A stretch of DNA of 64,000 nt from Octopus bimaculoides (taxonomy: Eukaryota), in the NCBI RefSeq assembly GCF_001194135.2, contig NC_068984.1:85642771-85706770 (forward strand), given 5' to 3'. Below, one piece after another: positions 60,318 to 64,000 of this stretch. The notes under the pieces were generated by a model that saw nothing but the letters and a program-made list of their open reading frames with translations, did no database searches and was not told the DNA's origin. Each line of letters opens with the position of its first letter. The first letter of the stretch is position 1. The translations under genes and the position numbers were made by a program.

Positions 60318-61380
60318 TTCTATCAAACTGTGAATTTTGTTTCTGTAAAAACAGAATTAACACAAGGAGATAGATATAAGTAACTTATGATAGAAAAACA
60401 AAACAACAACAAAACAAAAAAACATGGAAATGTGTGCCATTATGATTATGTGGTTAAAAGTCTGCTTCACATCTCAGTCCTACTCTGCAAGTGGTGGGAT
60501 GAGGGGCAAATACGAAGACATAATGCAAGCATACACACACACACACAATACACAGTTTCCATCCACAAAATTTGCTCACAAAACATTGGTTTGCCCAAAA
60601 TGCTGTACTATGGGACTGAACCCAAATCTATGGTTGCAAAGTGACGTTTTTTTAACAACAGAGCCATATTACTAAATTTTCCTCAAATTTGTTTTTATGT
60701 CTGTGTTTCCATTTATTTTACTATTTTTTTCTTTAATTTCACAGTTGATAAAAAAGAACGAAAAGCCGGCCATAACCCTGAAAAAGAACTTGCTGACAGT
60801 GGATTTCATGATCTACCCCGCACGTAGGTATTATCGGTGTTGAAAGAAGCAAAAATATATTTTAGAAAATTTAAATATGGAAATGGAAAATATGAAACAC
60901 AAAATAGAAAAAAGTATTTTTTTATCAAATGAAACAAAAAAAAGAGAAAAAAAACTGTCTTAAAAGGGAATATAAAAGGAGAGAAAAAGGAGTCTGTGAG
61001 ATCTATGTATCCTAAATATAATTGTTGGTGTTGAAACCTGTGTAATGTCGATGTTGTCTGTTGGCATGTGGCTGTCTAAAAAGCGTTTTTTCCGTTCATG
61101 TTTGCTTTCTTCTTGCGTGCTGATTGTCGTGGGACATTGCCATCCTTCTGATGTTTAGCTTAACTCTTCCATACTGTTGCATTTTTGCAGAGACGATGAC
61201 CCTGGCCTTAAGAAACCTGACAACCTATCTATCTCTAGCACTGGTAAGAGTATCGCCAGTGATACGGACAGCATGGGAGAGTACAGCGACAACGATGCCG
61301 GCAGCAGATTCAATGAGGATGGCTCTTTCATTGGCGCTTACCAAAGTCATGAATCAAAAGGAAATGAGTCTAATGTCTAG
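14436..61380 (+). CDS. Nrg: L1CAM/neuroglian-family adhesion molecule, compact form (SP-5 Ig-TM-ankyrin-binding tail), 14 coding exons, 665 aa
   Basis: Join 14436-14511,17362-17373,23112-23235,32717-32901,34904-35080,36883-37014,38492-38594,40748-40911,46521-46679,48133-48279,53430-53747,54656-54787,60745-60823,61191-61380 = 1998 nt, open throughout, all GT-AG with matching phases. The tail SDTDSMGEY-x9-FNEDGSFIGAY is the L1-family ankyrin-binding signature. The symbol denotes family, not proven orthology. Confidence 0.9.
15837..16199 (+). mobile_element. SINE family A copy
   Basis: Colinear with 317-712, with a small internal deletion near the tail. Confidence 0.85.
17362..17373 (+). CDS. 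Nrg: candidate 12-nt microexon adding ALST after the signal peptide
   Basis: Pyrimidine tract ttttccccttcaacag, then ctctatccacag, then gtatgt. Phase 1-1 and frame-preserving. Confidence 0.6.
17552..17623. repeat. compound (GGT)n(GTT)n microsatellite
   Basis: Directly visible. Confidence 0.9.
19889..20108. mobile_element. piggyBac-type MITE
   Basis: TIRs cccttttgttacc / ggtatcaaaaggg (12/13), TTAA on both sides. Confidence 0.85.
22021..22240. mobile_element. piggyBac-type MITE (second family)
   Basis: TIRs ccctttagcatt / aatgctaaaggg. Same family at 54330-54550; partial copies near 12340-12535 and 16400-16600. Confidence 0.8.
23112..23235 (+). CDS. Nrg: exon: Ig1 N-half (RESPVIKDTFPDKTFYVNQKLTTFWQINYPCEVSKGKPEP)
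   Basis: ttctttcag acceptor, AG|gtgagt donor. Phase 1 to 2 matches both neighbours. C-x4-G-x-P-x-P Ig motif. Confidence 0.85.
23725..24057. mobile_element. RTE 3' fragment with internal inversion
   Basis: 23725-23876 is the tail on the minus strand; 23877-24057 is ORF end/UTR on the plus strand. Confidence 0.7.
24408..24705 (-). mobile_element. RTE 3'-UTR-derived repeat
   Basis: catcatcatcgtttaacgtccgctttccatgctagcat tail plus the conserved gctggatgcccttcctaac block. Confidence 0.8.
26301..26796. mobile_element. fold-back MITE with long terminal inverted repeats
   Basis: Arms 26301-26432 and 26645-26796 are reverse complements with two indels; 212-nt AT-rich spacer. Confidence 0.8.
27040..27630 (-). 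mobile_element. RTE LINE 3' fragment with tail
   Basis: ORF 27268-27630: EKLGTRSIRCSVLKRRLRWYGHVMPMNEDSC; tail at 27040-27260. Confidence 0.8.
28471..28597. repeat. 55-bp-arm inverted repeat (hairpin)
   Basis: 28471-28525 vs reverse complement of 28543-28597: 50/55 identical, 17-nt loop. Confidence 0.9.
29461..30160 (-). mobile_element. long RTE ORF-end + 3' UTR copy (contains N gap)
   Basis: Runs from the RTE terminal codons (~30160) to the (GAT)n tail at 29461. Confidence 0.8.
30455..30629. repeat. head-to-head inverted pair of RTE tails
   Basis: Arms 30455-30530 and 30546-30629, one 8-nt indel, 15-nt spacer. Confidence 0.8.
31201..31560 (+). mobile_element. SINE family A-related subfamily copy
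   Basis: taggcgtagctgtgtggtaagaagc head, same core, tail ccagcatgaccacagtccaatgattgaagc. Confidence 0.75.
31644..31982 (+). mobile_element. SINE family A copy
   Basis: Colinear with 317-712. Confidence 0.85.
32340..32686 (-). mobile_element. SINE family A copy (antisense), head about 30 nt upstream of the exon 4 acceptor
   Basis: Reverse complement of family A, ending cagccactcctgcgccta. Confidence 0.85.
32717..32901 (+). CDS. Nrg: exon: Ig1 C-half (IFWEWFLDG...YRCVAENKYGTALSKKIHIIQS)
   Basis: Poly-T cag acceptor; Y-x-C-x-A-x-N-x-x-G motif; donor gtacgt at 32902 (alternative gtagta 3 nt upstream). Confidence 0.9.
32998..33325 (+). mobile_element. tRNA-derived SINE, further family (Meta/V-like central domain)
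   Basis: ggctcattggttagagc...gagttcgattccc head, ttcttgagcaaga...gctccagttcactcag domain. Related copies at ~11700-11960(+) and ~33795-34090(-). Confidence 0.65.
34361..34443. repeat. (CT)n microsatellite
   Basis: Directly visible. Confidence 0.9.
34904..35080 (+). CDS. Nrg: exon: Ig2 N-half (TAEFDIEQ...VMKCRL...FHWQTNGKRIIENKRVYTNEE)
   Basis: tttacag acceptor, G|gtaagt donor, B-strand Cys and C-strand Trp. Confidence 0.9.
35550..36115 (+). mobile_element. RTE 3'-UTR-derived repeat with (GAT)n tail
   Basis: Colinear with the reverse complement of 29461-30000. Confidence 0.8.
36350..36625 (+). mobile_element. SINE family A, 3' two-thirds (5' end in N gap)
   Basis: Matches family A from agacggaaactgaaagaagcc to the tail. 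Confidence 0.8.
36883..37014 (+). CDS. Nrg: exon: Ig2 C-half (SLIFTYVQLSDLNSYTCYNYN...GGWTNLTVNP)
   Basis: Long pyrimidine tract + cag, G|gtaatt donor, D-x3-Y-x-C motif. Confidence 0.9.
38492..38594 (+). CDS. Nrg: exon: Ig3 N-half (LPNEAPLKKLYST...FGTKFIIQCMYGG)
   Basis: cttgtag acceptor, AT|gtaagt donor, phase 1 to 2. Confidence 0.85.
39600..40081 (-). mobile_element. internally deleted Tc1/mariner element
   Basis: TA|caaagtgtcccaaaatta ... taattctgggacatcctg|TA TIRs; residual C-terminus LAELKEHIQLAVQELTPEMLQNVF---KERFEVC on the minus strand. Confidence 0.75.
40748..40911 (+). CDS. Nrg: exon: Ig3 C-half (PIPEIMWES...NGCYKCIAT...ICIDVR)
   Basis: tcttgcag acceptor completes AT|T = Ile, giving the C-x-x-G-G-I-P-x-P-x-I-x-W Ig3 pattern; G|gtaaac donor. 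Confidence 0.9.
41640..43070. mobile_element. Penelope-like element (RT + GIY-YIG) with internal inversion
   Basis: Plus strand 42044-43060: D-x-IDFY-SIS--LL, FDVAMGAYD, FYRDDAL, VDFLDVTL, FKQRFLNH. Minus strand 42045-41818: SRHLWRLK...HCKICIAE...LNSHKEVFSKCVH---LLEN. Confidence 0.8.
44700..45325 (+). mobile_element. RTE LINE 3' end: ORF terminus, 24-nt array, (GAT)n tail
   Basis: VLREKLGIRGIGCCVQERRLRWFGHVMRMDDDS...GRPRRMWDEVL continues directly into the UTR array and tail. Confidence 0.85.
46521..46679 (+). CDS. Nrg: exon: Ig4 N-half (PPIWVIEPP...VVFHCKA...EWMRNGKPL)
   Basis: ctcacag acceptor, G|gttagt donor. P-x-W-x3-P start and W-x-x-NG-x-P-L are typical of L1 Ig4. Confidence 0.9.
47351..47890 (+). 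mobile_element. SINE family A interrupted by a Penelope-type terminal fragment (~47482-47662)
   Basis: SINE A sequence stops after gaagcctgtcgt and resumes at atatatgtttgtgtgtctg; the insert carries gaagagcgtaagctcgaaacgtc. Confidence 0.75.
47538..47573 (+). ncRNA. minimal type-I hammerhead-like motif (variant core)
   Basis: cttt-CAGTTGA-A-GAGC(GTAA)GCTC-GAA-ACGT-C-aaag: stem I cttt/aaag, stem II with GNRA loop, palindromic ACGT stem III. The core deviates from CUGANGA. Confidence 0.4.
48133..48279 (+). CDS. Nrg: exon: Ig4 C-half (MINRLSLSLDGSSLTFSDV...NFQCTYKNDYGEIFADISFNVI)
   Basis: Poly-T ag acceptor, T|gtaagt donor, Q-C-x3-N-x-x-G motif. Confidence 0.9.
48768..48974. mobile_element. hAT-type MITE
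   Basis: tagtggttctcaacc / ggttgagaactacag TIRs; TSD not recognisable. Confidence 0.55.
49150..49850 (+). mobile_element. degenerate RTE LINE fragment including PHD-like zinc finger
   Basis: SGKWPCSICR...QCTQ-KLW-YKRCSG...FVCGRC, then TRITKAW, ETWAM, LYWYGHV with stops and frameshifts. Confidence 0.75.
50445..52147 (+). mobile_element. 5'-truncated CR1-clade LINE (RT), well preserved, spans 699-nt N gap
   Basis: NSATGPDGFP, NYRPISLTSHISK, QHGFRPGRSC, YLDFAKAFDKVDH, SGVLQGTV; C-terminus after the gap; (AAAATG)n tail. Confidence 0.92.
53430..53747 (+). CDS. Nrg: exon: whole Ig6-like domain lacking both cysteines
   Basis: ctttcag acceptor, G|gtaagt donor. T-x-I-x3-P...G-x4-F...DP...W-x-x-NG...GNYS...VV-x3-A-x-L resembles L1 Ig6. 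Confidence 0.85.
54330..54550. mobile_element. piggyBac-type MITE in intron 11
   Basis: TTAA|ccctttag ... ctaaaggg|TTAA. Confidence 0.85.
54656..54787 (+). CDS. Nrg: exon: transmembrane helix (WIALIVALVLFFIIFILLLCILF) and juxtamembrane NRQSGDNYS
   Basis: catttcag acceptor, 23-residue hydrophobic run, G|gtgaaa donor. Resembles the L1 W-x-I...C-x-I-x-R-x-x-GGKYSV region. Confidence 0.9.
55398..55570 (-). mobile_element. RTE 3' tail repeat
   Basis: catcatcatttagcatctgttgtccatgctggcat tail. Further copies near 38815-38985(+), 56190-56370(+), 56985-57170(-), 58010-58207(+). Confidence 0.75.
57896..58004. mobile_element. small inverted-repeat MITE
   Basis: 25-nt arms (22/25) at 57896-57920 and 57980-58004 with TA ends. 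Confidence 0.6.
58698..58817. mobile_element. hAT (Charlie-like) MITE with 8-bp TSD
   Basis: ATCTAGAG at 58690-58697 and 58818-58825; right TIR gatgagaaccactg, left TIR degenerate. Confidence 0.7.
59043..60282 (-). mobile_element. near full-length defective Tc1 transposon, DD36E spacing (Incomer-like)
   Basis: N-terminal HTH MTDLSDFQRCQIVG; VIFLDES; MIWGAIS; FQDHNAP-x-SPDLNIIDHLW with 36 residues between the 2nd D and E positions. Left TIR caggggttggacaaaataatggaaacacc; right TIR starts ggtg and runs into the N gap. Confidence 0.85.
60745..60823 (+). CDS. Nrg: exon: cytoplasmic part 1 (VDKKERKAGHNPEKELADSGFHDLPR)
   Basis: ttcacag acceptor completes YS|V-x-x-KE; GFH motif as in neuroglian GGFHEY; AC|gtaggt donor. 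Confidence 0.9.
61191..61380 (+). CDS. Nrg: last coding exon: ankyrin-binding FIGAY region, ends ESNV-stop
   Basis: ttttgcag acceptor; SDTDSMGEYSDNDAGSRFNEDGSFIGAY; TAG at 61378-61380. Confidence 0.95.
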
Positions 61381-61729
61381 ATAATGCAACATCAGGCAAT
61401 GATGCTGACCAACACTTCCCTCTCTTGACTAGACCGTAATGAAAAATAAAGAAATAACAAAAGAAACAACCAATTTCCATCTGAAATCTATTCTTGCTGT
61501 CTTTCAGTCTCAACAAAGCGGCGATGATGAAACTTTCCGTCAGACTTGTTCAAACAAAAAAAAAAAAGTGAGAGAAAATTATAAAACAAATAAAAACAAA
61601 TCAAATTTAACAAAAATATACACACACACAAAAGTGAAAATATAAAGAAGAAAAAATCTTGAGGAAAAAAAATGGAAAGAAAAATTAATTGCTTGGATTG
61701 GGGAAAAAAATTATATCTGAGATATATGG

Positions 61730-61790
<61 letters not shown>

Positions 61791-61931
61791 ATATAGATAT
61801 ATATGCAACATGCATTTATTACATATATATGTATATATACGTGTGTGTGTGTGTATATAATTGAATAATATATATATATTTATTAAATTTGTTAAAAAAA
61901 TTATATATACATATATTATTTCATATGCACA

Positions 61932-61978
<47 letters not shown>

Positions 61979-62679
61979 TACAAACATTATAGATATATAG
62001 TGTGTGTGCATATATATATATATACATAATATATATATATACACATAAATGCATTATATATGTATATGTGTGCATGTATGTGTGTGTGTGTGCATACACA
62101 CACACATAACCACAGAAAAGCAAAATGTTGATATTTCTTTCTCAATTTTCTTTTTGAAATACCCAATTCTGTCACTGCATCTGCTATTGTAAGTCTCCTG
62201 TCACCACCATCCACACCACCCCCACTGCCACAGCTGCTACTACTACCCCCTCTCCCTTTTTACCAGTTATTTGAGGAAACCAAAATATCCGTCTTTTAGG
62301 AGCCTCCCCACTTTTTCTTCTACAATTTAATATATTGTAATTAAGAAAAACACTTCTCTCCTATATATTTACATAGATCTTTACCCTTGTATTCTCTTGG
62401 TTCATAGAAATATTCATATAAATTAGTTTTTGTCATTAAGTTGTTGGCCAGACCAACACAAAATTCAAAGCTTTGGCAGCAAATGCTTCTAATTTCCCAA
62501 ATTTCTTGTACTATTTATGTGAGATAGCCCTTACTGGTATTATTAGCATAATGGGTGAAGATGATAAAAACTTGAACTCCATTCTCTGTTAGTTCTGAAG
62601 TGTGTGGGTTGGGGGAAGGTTACTCTAGGATTCTATTTGCCAAACAATAGAATTGGCTGTTTCATTAACTTCATTAGGT

Positions 62680-63165
62680 TTATTACTGTTTCACTGCAGT
62701 AAGATGTTCATTGCTGCTTCCTACAGTAAGAAGAGCTGTTCACTGCAAGAAGAGATGTTTATTGCTGTTCACTGCAACAAGAAAGATGTTCATTGCTGTT
62801 CACTACAGTAAGATGTTTGTCAATGTCCACTACAGCAAAACTGTTAATTGCTGTTCACTACAACAGGGGGTGTTCGTTGTTTAAAACAACAGGGAGATAT
62901 GTTCATTGCTGTTCACTGCAGGAAGAAATGTTCATTACTGTTTACAACAGGAATAAATGTTCATTTTTGTTCACTGCATTAAAAAGAGATGTTCATTGCT
63001 GTTTGCTGCAGTAAGAAGAGATGTTCATTACCATTCACTGCAACAAACAATGTTCATTACTATCCTCTGCTGCAACAAGAGATGTTCATTGGTGTTCACT
63101 GCCATAGCAAAACATGTTTAATGCTGTTTACTGTAACAGCAAGATGCTATTATACTACAGTGAAG
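62680..63165. repeat. degenerate minisatellite, about 15-16 units of 27-32 nt
   Basis: Consensus atgttcattgctgttcactgca followed by a variable A/G-rich linker. Confidence 0.85.
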
Positions 63166-63478
63166 ACATCCTCCAGTCATTGCCCGCGTTCTCAAAATAG
63201 TAGAGAGGTGAGAGATGGGTGATAAACTGGCTTTTACTGTTTGTTTTTTGTCTTTGGTGTTGGAGTGAAAGCGCTTTCTTTTTATTTTCCCGGAAATCCC
63301 TGTTCATTCACTAAGCCCAACATCCAGCTCAACAGCCCCAAATTCCCTTGGACTACTGACTAGTTCAGTCAGACATGAAGGTTTCATTCCATGTATGTAG
63401 TGTGATGATGCAGTGCAATGTGGTACGGTAAGGTGTGATGCAGTGCAGTGGCAGACTTCTTCATTTAATGTGTGTATA

Positions 63479-63547
<69 letters not shown>

Positions 63548-63964
63548 TACATACATACACACACTCACACTTATGTGTATACATATGCACACGGGCACAC
63601 TCATGCAAACATACATACCTACATACAGACACACATACACTATACACATATACCTAAACAAGAAAATGATTTAGCTAACCTCAGCACAGTCAATGGCCAG
63701 CTTATACAGTATGATGATGATGACAAGTGTTATTGTTATTATTACTACTAATAGTACTAAGTCTATCTTTTTATAGAAATGCTGAGGTGAGGGGGAGGTA
63801 ACTACAAAAAGACAACCAGTGCAAATGGACTAACCCTGTAGCTGTTTACAGTTCATTCCCTTGTTTGGGACCTGCCGCCCCCCCCCAAGTTTTGCTTTTT
63901 TTCTTCACTGGTTTCCCAAACAAATCTCTATTTTGTCCCATTCAGCTGTATATTGATAGGGTTA

Positions 63965-64000
<36 letters not shown>

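Noticed and set aside
60824-61190. RSLE-like microexon in the last intron
   Set aside because: No AG-(3n)-GT cassette with a pyrimidine tract found by eye. The upstream AG at 61158 shifts frame (32 nt).
61672-62214. ORFs rich in YI/IY/CV repeats
   Set aside because: Translations of (AT)n and (GT)n microsatellites.

Overview
AT-rich, repeat-dense eukaryotic DNA with many (AT)n tracts and N gaps. The repeat repertoire and intron sizes suggest an octopus/cephalopod genome (inference). The window holds one host gene on the + strand, an L1CAM/neuroglian-family cell adhesion molecule that I reconstructed by hand as 14 GT-AG coding exons (14436-61380, 1998 nt, 665 aa) with every splice phase consistent. 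Its architecture is non-canonical: signal peptide, a candidate 12-nt microexon, Ig1-Ig4, apparently no Ig5, a cysteine-less Ig6-like domain, no fibronectin III repeats, a TM helix, and an L1-type tail (DTDSMGEY...FNEDGSFIGAY) ending in a PDZ-type ESNV. The rest is transposon debris: RTE, CR1, R4/Dong, CRE and Penelope-like retroelements, several tRNA-derived SINE families, Tc1/mariner elements including a DD36E-spaced copy, piggyBac- and hAT-type MITEs, fold-back hairpins and minisatellites. Notable extras are a CR1 LINE and a SINE family sharing a 3' tail with a covarying stem-loop, a hammerhead-like motif in a triple-nested insertion, an inverted Penelope element, and four dsRNA-forming hairpins in intron 3. 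No tRNA, rRNA or CRISPR loci are supported. Repeat boundaries are approximate (by eye).
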